Origin: an uncultured delta proteobacterium
GTDB taxonomy: Bacteria > Myxococcota_A > Polyangia > Palsa-1104
Direction: 5' to 3'
DNA length: 64,000 nucleotides
NCBI GenBank assembly: GCA_963785725.1
Contig: CAWAWS010000007.1
Span: forward strand, 320,001-384,000
In this document: in pieces, positions 44,801-55,155 of the stretch
How positions within the stretch are numbered: position 1 is the stretch's first letter
Layout: every line of letters starts with the position of its first letter
The notes under the pieces: model-generated
Told to the model about the DNA's origin: nothing
Seen by the model: only the letters and a program-made list of their open reading frames with translations
The model's database searches: none
Translations under genes and position numbers: made by a program

Positions 44801-45162
44801 CCGCCACACTGCCCGTGCGACGGTCGATGGCCGAGTCGTGGAGCGCCGAGCGTTCGGGAGTCGCCGCCGCATGGCCCGTGCGGCTGGTCGAGACTGCGTC
44901 GTGTGCGTGAACCAGCGCTCGGCGAATCGCGCCGCCCTCGGATTCGCCCGCCGCGTCGAGCTGCGGCGGAGCCCGACGAATCGGTCTGAATTGCCTCTCA
45001 GAGGCCGCGTCGAATCGGCCCGTGTCCACGTTCGGCGCGGCACGCCGCGCCTCCCGCCAGGTCGCGTGGTCGAGCTACGCGAAGTACCGCGCGACCGCGT
45101 CGAATCGGCGCGTCGAGCTGCGTTCGTTCCGTCCGACGCGGCATTCCGCGCGCGTGGTCGAG

Positions 45163-46728
45163 CTACGCGAAGTACCGCGCCTCGTTGTCGAGCAGCCAGC
45201 GCCCGCATCGCGTCGCCAGCGCCATGATCGTAATCTGCGGATTGACGCCGATCGGCCCCGGAAACACGCTGGCGTCGGCGACAAACAGCCCAGGCACATC
45301 CCAGCTCTCGCCGTGCGGATCGACCACCGACGACCGCCGATCGACGCCCATACGACACGTGCCCATCGCGTGCACCGTCAAACACTCGACCTCGTTCTTG
45401 GGGATCGAATGGTTGAACAACTGGCGAATCTCGTCGGGGGAATCGATCGACGTCAGGAAATCGAACGGCAACAGCACTCGCTTGGCGCCCGACGCGAACA
45501 AGATCTCCGACGTCAACGCCACGCCGCGGATGAGGTTGGCGAAATCGCGATCGTTGACGTCGTAGCGCATGCGCGCCTCGCCGAAGAGGTCGAGATCGAC
45601 GGTGCCGGTGCCGGTGTCCTCGACGAGGCAGCCGGCGGCCAGCATCTTGTCGTAGTCCTGCATGATCTCCCACGAGCGCGCGCCGAAGTAGGGCAGCGAC
45701 ATCGCGATGAGCCCCGGCGGCACCATCGACGTCGTGATCATGATGCCTTCGTCGATGAACTCGCGGATCTGGTTGCCCTGGATGGTCCCCTTCCACGCGT
45801 GAATCGGCTTGTCGTACACGCCGATCACTTTCGAGTTCGGATGACACAAGAAGTTGCGCCCGACCTGCCGCGAAGAATTGGTTAAACCATTGCGCAGCAA
45901 CAACGCCGGCGTCTGCACGGCCCCGCACGCCAGCACGACCACCTTCGCGCGCACCGTCAATTTGGGCCCGCGTTTGCCGCTCTCGGGATGACGAAAGCGA
46001 CCGACGATTCCCGTCGCGCGCGAGCCATCGGTGACGACGCGCTCGACTTTGCAGCCGCTGAACAGCCGCCCGCCCGCCGCGAGCAGACGCGGAACATACG
46101 TGACGAGCACCGACTGCTTGGCGTCGGTCGGGCAGCCGAACGCGCAGTTATTGGAGCCGCAGCAGTGCTTCTGGCTGCGCATCGCCGGCACGTAGTGATA
46201 GCCGAGCTTGTCGGCGCCGCGCTCCATGAGCCGCGCGTCTTCACCGACGGACTCGGGATCTTGCGGGCGCACGCTGACGCGCTCTTCGACCTTCGTGAAA
46301 TAGGGATCGAGCGCCTCGGGCGTCATGTCGCTGAGCCCGTGCTCCCACTGCCAGCGCTTGAGCACCTTTTCCGGCGTTCGCCAGCTCATGGCGCCGTTGA
46401 TCACCGTCGAGCCGCCGACGCAGCGCCCTTCGGAGAAGATGATGTTCGGCTTGCCCATGATCGGCGCCGAGCCGGCGTTGCGATAGAGCTTCTTGATCAT
46501 CGTCGGCGCGTTCAGGCCGAAGTCTTTGGACGTGTAGTGTCCGCCCTCTTCGACGACGACGACGGAGCGGCCGCCCTCGGCGAGCTCGGCGGCGATGGCG
46601 CCGCCACCGGCGCCGCTGCCGACGACGACGACGTCGCAGTCGACGACAAGGTCGCGTCCGGAATTGGTTAAACCATTGCCCCCACCGGCGACGCGGCCGG
46701 CCATGACGTCGTCAAATGTCGCCAGCAT
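45163..46728 (-). CDS. GMC family oxidoreductase
   Basis: DVVVVGSGAGG, GRCVGGSTVING, VHAMGTCRMG, FPGPIGVNPQITIMALA. Confidence 0.95.
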   Translation of the reverse strand: MLATFDDVMAGRVAGGGNGLTNSGRDLVVDCDVVVVGSGAGGGAIAAELAEGGRSVVVVEEGGHYTSKDFGLNAPTMIKKLYRNAGSAPIMGKPNIIFSEGRCVGGSTVINGAMSWRTPEKVLKRWQWEHGLSDMTPEALDPYFTKVEERVSVRPQDPESVGEDARLMERGADKLGYHYVPAMRSQKHCCGSNNCAFGCPTDAKQSVLVTYVPRLLAAGGRLFSGCKVERVVTDGSRATGIVGRFRHPESGKRGPKLTVRAKVVVLACGAVQTPALLLRNGLTNSSRQVGRNFLCHPNSKVIGVYDKPIHAWKGTIQGNQIREFIDEGIMITTSMVPPGLIAMSLPYFGARSWEIMQDYDKMLAAGCLVEDTGTGTVDLDLFGEARMRYDVNDRDFANLIRGVALTSEILFASGAKRVLLPFDFLTSIDSPDEIRQLFNHSIPKNEVECLTVHAMGTCRMGVDRRSSVVDPHGESWDVPGLFVADASVFPGPIGVNPQITIMALATRCGRWLLDNEARYFA

Positions 46729-47776
46729 GACGGCGCAACCTTTCTGCGCTCACCAGCGCCACGTGCTCGTCGACGGTGTAGCCGAGCAGGGCGCCGACGC
46801 GCGGGTCGGAGTAGTAGGCGAGCAGGCACAGGCCTTTGACCGCCTTGATGAGATCGCGACGCAGGCCCCAGCGCGCGTGCACCCAGCTGTCGACGTAGCG
46901 GCCGCGGCGCGCCAGCGACATCGACGAGAACGGCACCAGCGACGGGCCGAGCAGGAAGGCGCCCAGCTCCAGCATCATGAGCCCGATGGGAAAGAGCAGC
47001 TTCAAGAGCCGCGGCATATGCGGCACATAGTCGTCGATGAAGCGCACGTAGTCGTCGAGCGGCAGCGCCGGCGCGCTGGGCCCGATTGGTTGAACCACTT
47101 CCGCGAGGGCGCGCACGACGCGGCGTGACCACGGCCCGAGCGTGCGCGGCGCCGGCCCGCCGCCGTCGGTGTTGGCGCCGGCCGAGCCGTTCGCCGCGCG
47201 GCCCGGTGTCGACGCGCTGCCTTGGCGGTTCGCGTTCGCGGCGGCAACAGGCGCGCCGTTTGCCGCGCGGGTTGGCGTCGGCGCGCCACCGTTCGCGTTC
47301 GCGCTTGCGTTCGCGCTCGCCGTGGCCGACGCACTGTTCGCCGCTCGGTCGGCCGCAGCTGCGCTGCTTCCGTCTGCGACGTCGCGGCGCGGTGTCGGCG
47401 AGCCTCCACCGATGTCGGGCGCGGTCGCATTCGCGGGCGAGCTGTTGCGGTGGGCCGTCGTCGCCGACTGCGTCCCCGCTTCCGTCAGCGACGACGACGA
47501 CGCTGCTGTCCGCGACGACGCCGCCGCTTCCGTCAGCGACGACGCCGCTGCTGTCAGTGACGACGACGCCGCTGCTGTCAGCGACGACGACGCCGCTTCC
47601 GTCAGCGACGACGACGCCGCTCGCCCGACCATCGACGCGCCGGCCGCCTGCCCGACGTCCATCGCCGTCGACTTCGCCGTCGTCGCGTCGTCGCGCGTCG
47701 TCGCCGCGCCCAGCGCCGAATTGTCGAGCCCACGCGCCGCGGTCGTCGGCGGCGTCGGCTCCGGCGGTCGACTCAA
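46712..47776 (-). CDS. GMC-associated small subunit (gluconate 2-DH subunit 3-like) with a long low-complexity N-terminal extension
   Basis: C-terminal ~140 aa ends LIKAVKGLCLLAYYSDPRVGALLGY; the N-terminus is A/S/T-rich repeats; TTG start overlaps the GntR stop. True start uncertain. Confidence 0.7.
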   Translation of the reverse strand: MSRPPEPTPPTTAARGLDNSALGAATTRDDATTAKSTAMDVGQAAGASMVGRAASSSLTEAASSSLTAAASSSLTAAASSLTEAAASSRTAASSSSLTEAGTQSATTAHRNSSPANATAPDIGGGSPTPRRDVADGSSAAAADRAANSASATASANASANANGGAPTPTRAANGAPVAAANANRQGSASTPGRAANGSAGANTDGGGPAPRTLGPWSRRVVRALAEVVQPIGPSAPALPLDDYVRFIDDYVPHMPRLLKLLFPIGLMMLELGAFLLGPSLVPFSSMSLARRGRYVDSWVHARWGLRRDLIKAVKGLCLLAYYSDPRVGALLGYTVDEHVALVSAERLRRHAGDI

Positions 47777-48570
47777 CGCTTCCTCTTGGTGCCGCGCGTC
47801 CGCCCGCGCCCGCTCGCCGCCGCAGTCTCGTCATCGAGCCGCTCCGGCGCCAGCTGCCCCAAGACGAGCCCGCTGCGCGATTCGAGCACGTCGGCCATCT
47901 TGCGCCGCGCCTCCTTTTCGTCGCCGGTGCTCATGCGCGTCACGACGTCGTCGAGCGCGTCGAGGTAAGCGCCGTCGATCTTCCACAGCTGCGGATAGCG
48001 CTCGCCGAGATAGGCAAAAATGCGCGCGAACGTATTGAAGACCCAGACCAAGACCGTCGTCTTCGACGCCAGCACGAGGTGGCGATAGAAGTTGATGTCG
48101 GCCAGCACCGCTTCGATCGTGCCGCTCTCGACGACGCGCAGCTCGTCGAGCGCACGGCGCAGCGCGCGCAGCTCGGTCTCGGCGTGCCCACCCGTCGCTG
48201 AATGGACGGCCTGATCGATGAGCTGATCGCGCAGCCGAAACAGCGTGTAGACGGCGTCGAAGCGCTCGTCGATCGGCGTCTCCTCGGCGAGGAAATGCGG
48301 CAGCAAGTTGATCTCGCCCACCGCGCGCCAATCGAGCACCAGTGTGCCGTCGCCTTGCCGCGCGCGCACCAGCTTCTCCGACTCCAGCGTGCGCAGCGCC
48401 TCGCGCAGCGTGTTGCGGTTGGTGCCGAGCTTCAGCGCCAGCTCGCGCTCGGGCGGCAGCCGCGCGCCCGGCTGATAACGGCCGAGCAAGATCTCGCGCC
48501 GCAGCTTCTCGACGACCGTCTCACCACGCGCCCGCCGCGCCGACGGGGGAAATTGGATTGGTTTAACCAT
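47773..48570 (-). CDS. GntR-family transcriptional regulator, FadR subfamily
   Basis: wHTH VVEKLRREILLGRYQPGARLPPERELALKLGTNRNTLREALRTLESEKLVRARQGDGTLV; all-helical C-domain (ADINFYRHLVLASK). Confidence 0.95.
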   Translation of the reverse strand: MVKPIQFPPSARRARGETVVEKLRREILLGRYQPGARLPPERELALKLGTNRNTLREALRTLESEKLVRARQGDGTLVLDWRAVGEINLLPHFLAEETPIDERFDAVYTLFRLRDQLIDQAVHSATGGHAETELRALRRALDELRVVESGTIEAVLADINFYRHLVLASKTTVLVWVFNTFARIFAYLGERYPQLWKIDGAYLDALDDVVTRMSTGDEKEARRKMADVLESRSGLVLGQLAPERLDDETAAASGRGRTRGTKRKR

Positions 48571-48634
48571 TTGTAGAATTGGTTAAACCAATCGCGGGCA
48601 GTCGTCAATCGCAGTTTCGCTCTATCCTGCTTCC

Positions 48635-49696
48635 GTGACCGCACTCTTCCGCGCCTTTCCGCAGCTGACCGCGCGTATTCCCTGGCTGTCGCTGGGCCGT
48701 TTTCCTACGCGGGTTCAGCGCCTCGAGGGGCTCGTGCCGCCGTCGGTCGAGCTGTGGGTCAAGCGCGACGACGAGAGCGGCGTCGTCTACGGCGGCAACA
48801 AAGTGCGCAAGCTCGAGTTCCTGCTCGCCGAGGCGCGCGCACGCGGCGCACGACGACTGGTCACGCTCGGCGCCATCGGCTCGCACCACGTGCTGGCGAC
48901 GGCCATCTACGGCCGGCAGGCCGGCTTTGCCGTCGACGCCGTCGTGTTTCCGCAGCCGCTGACGCCGCACGTGCGCGAGCAGCTGCTGGCCGACGTCGGC
49001 GCCGGCGCGACGATGGTCGCCACGCGCGGATACGCCGGCGTGCCCTGGGCATTGTGGCGACGGCGGCGCGCGCCGGACGCCGCTTGGATCGCGTCCGGCG
49101 GCTCGTCGCCCACAGGCACGCTCGGTTATGTGTCGGCCGGCCTCGAGCTGCTCGAGCAGATCGGGCGCGACGAGCTGCCGGCGCCGGATGTCGTCTATGT
49201 CGCGCTCGGCTCGTGCGGGACGGCGGCCGGACTGCTGCTTGGGCTCGCCGGCGCGCCGTCGTTGCCGCCGTCGAAGGCGCAGCTGACGGCAGTGCGTGTC
49301 GTCGATCGCATCGTCGCCAACGCGCGGGTGACGCGCGGGCTGGCGCGGCGGACGGCGCGGCTGTTGTCGGAGCGCGGTGTCGATTGGTTTAACCATTGCT
49401 CGTTACCGTCGCTGCGAGTCGAGCATGGGCAGTTCGGCGGCGGCTACGGGCGCGCCACGAACGCGTCGGAAGCGGCGGTGGCGCGCGCGGCCGCCGTCGG
49501 GCTCGCCCTCGAGCCGACCTACACCGGCAAGGCCATGGCGGCACTGCTCGCCGACGCCGATGCCGGCCGCCTCGACGGCAAGCGCGTCCTGTTCCTACAT
49601 ACGTTCAGCTCGGCCGACCTGTCGCCGCTGATCCTCGCGGCCACGCCTGAGCAGCTACCGCCGTGGCTACGTCGCCATTTCGCCGATGGCAAGTGA
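48635..49696 (+). CDS. ACC deaminase/D-cysteine desulfhydrase family PLP enzyme
   Basis: LWVKRDD...YGGNKVRKLEFLL, GSHH, ALGSCGTAAG, LEPTYTGKAM. Confidence 0.92.
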   Translation: MTALFRAFPQLTARIPWLSLGRFPTRVQRLEGLVPPSVELWVKRDDESGVVYGGNKVRKLEFLLAEARARGARRLVTLGAIGSHHVLATAIYGRQAGFAVDAVVFPQPLTPHVREQLLADVGAGATMVATRGYAGVPWALWRRRRAPDAAWIASGGSSPTGTLGYVSAGLELLEQIGRDELPAPDVVYVALGSCGTAAGLLLGLAGAPSLPPSKAQLTAVRVVDRIVANARVTRGLARRTARLLSERGVDWFNHCSLPSLRVEHGQFGGGYGRATNASEAAVARAAAVGLALEPTYTGKAMAALLADADAGRLDGKRVLFLHTFSSADLSPLILAATPEQLPPWLRRHFADGK

Positions 49697-49885
49697 CGCG
49701 AGCGCCGATCGACTATCGCCGAGCCCCATTTCGCCGACGGCAAGTGACGCGAGCACCGACCGACTATCGCCCAGCCCCATTTGCCGCTGGTGACGGCGCG
49801 AGCACTGATCGGCTATCGCCCAGCCTCGTTTGCCGCTGGTGACGGCGCGAGCACTGATCGGCTATCGCCGAGCCCCATTTCGTCG
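49675..49885. repeat. ~50-bp tandem repeat (about 4 copies) starting in the last codons of the PLP gene
   Basis: CCATTTCGCCGAYGGCAAGTGACGCGAGCRCCGAYCGACTATCGCC recurs at 49675 and 49726, followed by two diverged copies. Confidence 0.88.
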
Positions 49886-50042
49886 CTAGCCTGGAGATTG
49901 GTTAAACCAATCGGCGCGCCATTCCTGCTGTGGGGTGCGACACGTCAGCGGCACTCTGGCGAGATCCAGCAAGCCGAGATCTGCGCCGTACGGACGGTTC
50001 GGCGCCCGGCCCAGCTGAGCTCCAGCGCAATCCAGCCGAATT

Positions 50043-50726
50043 TCAGTCCTGAATGAGAGGGAGGAGATCGGGGAATCGGTCGAGCAACCAGTCGGGCGCG
50101 TGGGGCTTCAGGCCGTCGCCGCCGAGGACGCCGTAAGTGACTCCGCACGTGCGCATCCCGGCCGCGCGTCCGGCGAGGACGTCGCGCTCGGTGTCGCCGA
50201 CCATGAGCCCGCGGCTCGGCTCGCAGCCCAACCGCGCTGCGCACGCGAGCAGCAGATCGGGCGCCGGCTTGTGCGGCATCGGCGCTTCCGTCCCCAAGAT
50301 CAGATCGAAGTGCGCCGCTAGCCCGAGGCCACCGAGGACTTTCTCGGCCGTGGCCGTCCGCTTCGTGGTCGCGATCGCCGTGCGCATTCCACGTGCCCGC
50401 AATGGTTCAACCATCGCCAACGTCTCCGGCACGCCGGGAAATGGCCGCGTTCGATCGAGCAGATGCGCCATGTAAAACTCGCGATAAGCCGCGACGAAGC
50501 GGCGATAGCCTTCGGCGCCGGCCCACGCGTGCGGCGCCGGCCGCGCCAGCTCGAAGAACTCCTCGAGCGGCAAGCCGAGCCCGGCGCAGCCGAGCGCGTG
50601 CTCGTCGAGCCGGGCGTCCGCCGGCGGCACGGTCGCCAACGCGTGCACCAACGCTGCGCGAATATCGGCCGTGGAATCGACCAGCGTCCCGTCGAGATCG
50701 AAGCAAATGAGAGCGAACTTCGGCAA
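50043..50726 (-). CDS. HAD-family hydrolase (phosphoglycolate phosphatase-like)
   Basis: FDLDGTLVDS, IATTK, KPAPD, MVGDTERDV. Confidence 0.93.
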   Translation of the reverse strand: MPKFALICFDLDGTLVDSTADIRAALVHALATVPPADARLDEHALGCAGLGLPLEEFFELARPAPHAWAGAEGYRRFVAAYREFYMAHLLDRTRPFPGVPETLAMVEPLRARGMRTAIATTKRTATAEKVLGGLGLAAHFDLILGTEAPMPHKPAPDLLLACAARLGCEPSRGLMVGDTERDVLAGRAAGMRTCGVTYGVLGGDGLKPHAPDWLLDRFPDLLPLIQD

Positions 50727-50944
50727 TGGTTAAACCAATCGCAGCAGAGGGTTGAATCGATCGACACCACGGATCTCTTGACCGGCGCAAGGGTTAAGCC
50801 GATCCGCGCAGCGGATCAAGCAGTCGGCGCAATGGTTAAACCAATCGGCGCAGCGGATCAAGCCGGAGCGGATGGTTAGCCAATCGGCGCAATGGTCGAC
50901 CGAGCGGCACACCGTTGGAGCGATCCGCCCGTGGTCGACCACCG

Positions 50945-51070
50945 GGCGCAATGGTTAAACCAGTTGGCGCAATGGTTAAACCAGTCGGCGCAATGGTTAA
51001 ACCAGTTGGCGCAATGGTCAAACCAGTGGGCGCAATGGTCGAACCAGTGGGCGCAATGGTTTAACCAATC
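50945..51070. repeat. Six head-to-tail 21-bp units, each carrying one palindromic site
   Basis: GGCGCAATGGTTAAACCAGTT x6 with small variations; further degenerate units at 50785-50940. Confidence 0.95.
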
Positions 51071-51848
51071 AGTCGACGCAGACGAGAACGACGGTGACGT
51101 TGTCCTTGCCGCCGCGATCGTTGGCCAGCTGCACGAGCCGCTCGGGGGCCATCTCGATCGGACCCGCTTGCAGCAGCTCCTCTAGCTCCGTGCCTTGCAG
51201 ATAGCCGTGTAGACCGTCGGAGCAGAGGATGTAGGCGTCGCCGGCCTGTACCTCGATCTCGCGCGTGTCGACCTCGACGTAGTCTTTGTGTCCGACGGCG
51301 CGCGTGATGACGTTCTTGCCCTTCATCGTCCGCGCTTCCTCGGCGTTGATGAGACCTTGCTTCAGCTTATAGTTCACTAGCGTATGATCTTCGGTGAGCT
51401 GCGTGGCGACGCCGCGACGGACGCGATAGACGCGCGAATCTCCGACCTGCGCGACGAAGCCGTTGGAGCCGGCGATGAGCAGCGCCGAGATGGTCGTCGA
51501 CATGCCCTTCTGCGACGGGTCGAGCTCGGCCAAGCCGAAGATCATGTAGCAGGCGCTCTGGACGGCGCTTTCGAGCAGGCGGCGGACGACCTCGCGCAGC
51601 TCGTCGCGGCCCGGCTCCTGTAGGAATCCGTTGATTCCGGCTCGGCCTTGGCGCACGAAGCCGTCGATCTGATCGACCGCTTCCTGGCTGGCGACTTCGC
51701 CTTTGGCGTGGCCGCCGACGCCATCCGCGACGACGTAGAGGCCGAGCGCGTCGTTGCGGCAGAACGCGTCTTCGTTGTGCGGCCGGCGGCGACCGCGGTC
51801 GGTGAGCCCAAAGGAACGTACTCGCGTAGGCGAGGGCACCTTTGGCAT
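51069..51848 (-). CDS. PP2C-family Ser/Thr protein phosphatase
   Basis: TDRGRRRPHNED, VADGVGG, VGDSRVY, CSDGL, GGKDNVT. Confidence 0.95.
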   Translation of the reverse strand: MPKVPSPTRVRSFGLTDRGRRRPHNEDAFCRNDALGLYVVADGVGGHAKGEVASQEAVDQIDGFVRQGRAGINGFLQEPGRDELREVVRRLLESAVQSACYMIFGLAELDPSQKGMSTTISALLIAGSNGFVAQVGDSRVYRVRRGVATQLTEDHTLVNYKLKQGLINAEEARTMKGKNVITRAVGHKDYVEVDTREIEVQAGDAYILCSDGLHGYLQGTELEELLQAGPIEMAPERLVQLANDRGGKDNVTVVLVCVD

Positions 51849-53275
51849 CGTACAGGGCCGGTGGAGCGTCGGCAAGATCGGCGGATGGTCCGCGCGCGGG
51901 CAGGCACATTGTCCGACGCGCGAGCACATGGGCGCGCGTCGGCGATGGTCTGTGCACGGCGGAGGAAGCGCGCAGCGAAGTCGCGCGTTGGCTGCGCTGC
52001 GCGGTTTCGTCGGTAGCGAGGTGGTCGAACGGCTTCGTCGGTGGCAAGGCCTGGGAGGTTTCGTCTGGCGAGGCGGCCGACAGTTTTGTCTATCGCGAAG
52101 GACGCGGAACGGCTTCGTTAGTGACTAAAGCCGTCGGCGGCTCACCGGCGGCGATGGCTGCAGCCGGCCTCGTCGGTGTCGATGGCCACGGCTGTAAGGA
52201 TTGACAAGGCGATGCTGCAGCCGGCTTCGTCGGTGTCGAGGCGCGGCTACAGGATTGACGGTAGCTCGCTTCGCCTCTCCCACTCTACGGCAGGCCGTCG
52301 ACGACTGCCGCCGATCCGTCGCTGTCTTGAACGCCCACGTTCGTAGTGCGCTCCCCAATCGCGTTCGCGTGTCCGCTATGCGTGTCGACAAAAAGCCATG
52401 GCGCTGGATATTCCGGCGGCGTCATCGACCAGCCAGCGTGTCAAAGAGCCACCAGCATGCGAACATTCGGCCACGTTTATCGACGGGGCTGGCGTTTCGA
52501 AGCGCGCTACTGCGCGAACATTCGGGCAGCCGTTGTAGACGAGCGCGAGTCGAGAAACGCAGCGGTACGCGCTTAGCTCGAGTAGCCTTCGTCGACAAGC
52601 GAGTCTGTCGAAGAATGCACCCATTCTGCTCGCGGTTTTGACGAGTGAGCGTGTCGAAAGCGCGCTGACTCGCGAGCATTCGGGCGGGCGTTGTCGACGA
52701 GCGGGCGTTCGAAAGCTCGGTGGCGCGCACACTTGCGAGCGGCGTTCGTCGATGTCCGCGCCGGTCGAGAAACTGCGCGGTCGCCATCGTCTGCCGCAAT
52801 CGTCATCGAACCAGGTGAATCCCAATAGCGCTGGCAGTCTGCCGCGCTTTTCCAGCGGTCGAGCGCCTCCCGATACTGGAAGGCGCGCGGCGATTGTAAC
52901 CGCGGCCGATCGATCGTCGATGATGACGACGATTGTCCGACATCGCCCACCCGATTTCGCGCGTCACCAATCGTGAATCCCGCCGCGCGCTGCGACCCTT
53001 GCGCGCGGACGAACGTCACAGTGGTTTGACCTTTCTCGCTTGACTTCATATTGGCCGGCCGTAGAGTTGAAGGTGACTCATCGAGCGCCGCCGCGATTTC
53101 ACCAGTAAGGGCCGCGCGCGCGGATTTACGAGCGCGAAATAAAGGGTACACCCCTCCACCTCTAGTCGCAGCCCTCGCCTCGGCGACGGCAATAACGACG
53201 AACGGCAATGTCGCGAAGGCATATTTGGCCTCGCAGACGAAATCGGAAAACGGATTCAATAGGAGATTGATCGGA

Positions 53276-54157
53276 ATGTCGAAACCGAATTACCGCGCCA
53301 CCCTCATCTTCGATACCGACCGCAAAGTCTTCCTCGCCCGCGCTCCCGAGCTGGAGCATTGCAGCGCCGAAGGCGCCAACCGCGCCGAAGCCCTCACCAA
53401 GCTGGAAGAAGAGATCGACGCGCAGCTGGCCAACATGCTGTCGCACGGCTCGACGCCGCCGCGCGCGGTCGACGAAGAGGTTTTCACGGGCGAGATCGCG
53501 GCCAAGGTTTCGAAGCAGCTCCATCGTGAGCTGGCGTTTCAGGCGCGTTCGGAAGGCATCGAGCTCGATCAGATCGTGGGCGAGCTGTTGGCGGCGGCGA
53601 TGGAGTCGCGCAAGCAGACGCGCGGCACCCGCGGCGGCAATCGCGTCGCGCAAGAGCACACGCCGAACGACAACGTCGGCAATCGCTACGAGGGTGGCGG
53701 CGGCGGTGGACCGCGCCCGCAGCGCGGATTCGGCGGACGCGGCGCGAACAACCACTTGCTCGACGATCGCGCCAACTTCATCGAGTACGTGCGCGGGCTC
53801 GAGCAGCAGGGCACTGGTATGACCAATCGTCACGGCGGCGGCGGGCACGGCCAGCCGCGCGGCGACGGCGACCGCGGTGGACGCGGTGGACGCGGCGGAC
53901 GCGGTGGACGTGGCGGCGCCGGCGGACCGCGCGGCGGCAACCCGAGCCATGGCGGACAGAATCGCGGCATGCAGGGCGGCGGTCCGCGTCCGCAGGGCAA
54001 CTTTGGCGGCGGGCACGGCGGCGGCGGCGCGGGCAACGGCGCCGGCGGCAATGGTCACGCGGCGGCGGGCAACGGCGCGCATCACGCGGAAGCGAGCGCG
54101 GCGCCGCAGCACCACGACGCGCCGGCGCACGACCCCGAGTCGGGCGGCAACGTCTAG
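53276..54157 (+). CDS. HicB-like protein (HicB N-domain + ribbon-helix-helix) with a long Gly/RGG-rich tail
   Basis: AGGAGA RBS; FLARAPELEHCSAEGANRAEALTKLEEEI; FTGEIAAKVSKQLHRELAFQARSEGIELDQIV; GGRGGRGGRGGRGG. Confidence 0.82.
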   Translation: MSKPNYRATLIFDTDRKVFLARAPELEHCSAEGANRAEALTKLEEEIDAQLANMLSHGSTPPRAVDEEVFTGEIAAKVSKQLHRELAFQARSEGIELDQIVGELLAAAMESRKQTRGTRGGNRVAQEHTPNDNVGNRYEGGGGGGPRPQRGFGGRGANNHLLDDRANFIEYVRGLEQQGTGMTNRHGGGGHGQPRGDGDRGGRGGRGGRGGRGGAGGPRGGNPSHGGQNRGMQGGGPRPQGNFGGGHGGGGAGNGAGGNGHAAAGNGAHHAEASAAPQHHDAPAHDPESGGNV

Positions 54158-55155
54158 TCAGCGAGAGCGCGCGGCTCGCTAGCTGTGATGTCTAAACACA
54201 GCCAGCTGCGCCTTCCGACACCAAACGCAACCTCGACGATTTCGTCCGCTCGCGCGTAAACAAAGCTCGCGCAGTCAATAACGGCTGAACGCAACACGCC
54301 TCGAGCGGTTCCTCTGCTCGCGACGCATGAACGTTCGCGTGGCCGATCGTGGCCAAACCCAAAGTTTCGATCGGCTGCTCCTGTTCGCAATTCCGAAAAC
54401 GCTCGCGCGGCCGATCGTGGCCAAAGACAAACGCGTTTCGAGCGATGCCTGCTGTCGACGACCGTATAAACGTTCGCATGCCGATCACGGCTAAAAGCAA
54501 CGCGTCTCGATCGATTCCTGCTGCTCGCGACTCGACGAGGTTCCCGCGGCCGTCGCGGCCAGCGCAATGCGTTCGCTCGATCCTTTCGGCTCGCGAAGCG
54601 CTCGCACGGCCGATTCGACATAGGGCTCAGCTCGGCAACCCTCGCTTCGCGTTTCCCCGACGTTGTGCGCGCATCGCCGGCACATTCGGCCACGCTTCTC
54701 AGCGCTTGATTTCGATTCGAGCCGCTGTGTTTTTTGCAGCGCACTCCGACGGCGAACGAAGGCGTCGCCCGTTCCAGTTGACGTAAATCCGCGCACGAAG
54801 CGACAGCGAACGAGACGGTCGGCGCGCTGATTTTCCACGCGCGCCGAAATTGGTTAAACCAATTTCGGCACGAAGCAGCCGCGCCTCCGCGAGCGCCACG
54901 TCGAGCAGCGAAGTCCCAGTCGATCCCGAATCTCGACTGCCGCGGATTTGCGAGCGCGCCGGCGCTCGGCCCGGCCGACGTTGCGGCCGCCGGCGCTCGG
55001 CCCGGCCGACGTTGCGGCCGGCGTGCCGGCCCCTCGACAACTGCGCCCAATCTGCACGCCGTCGGCAACGTCCGAGGTCGCTGCGTGACCCAAATCGCCA
55101 CCAAGATCGATTGGTTTGACCAATCGGGACCACGCGCGTGTGATACAATGTTGTC

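Noticed and set aside
51850..53030. Protein-coding genes or a hicA toxin upstream of the HicB-like gene
   Set aside because: The ORFs are Arg/Ser-rich translations of degenerate repeats with no RBS or family motif; no short basic HicA-like ORF with a GSH motif was seen.
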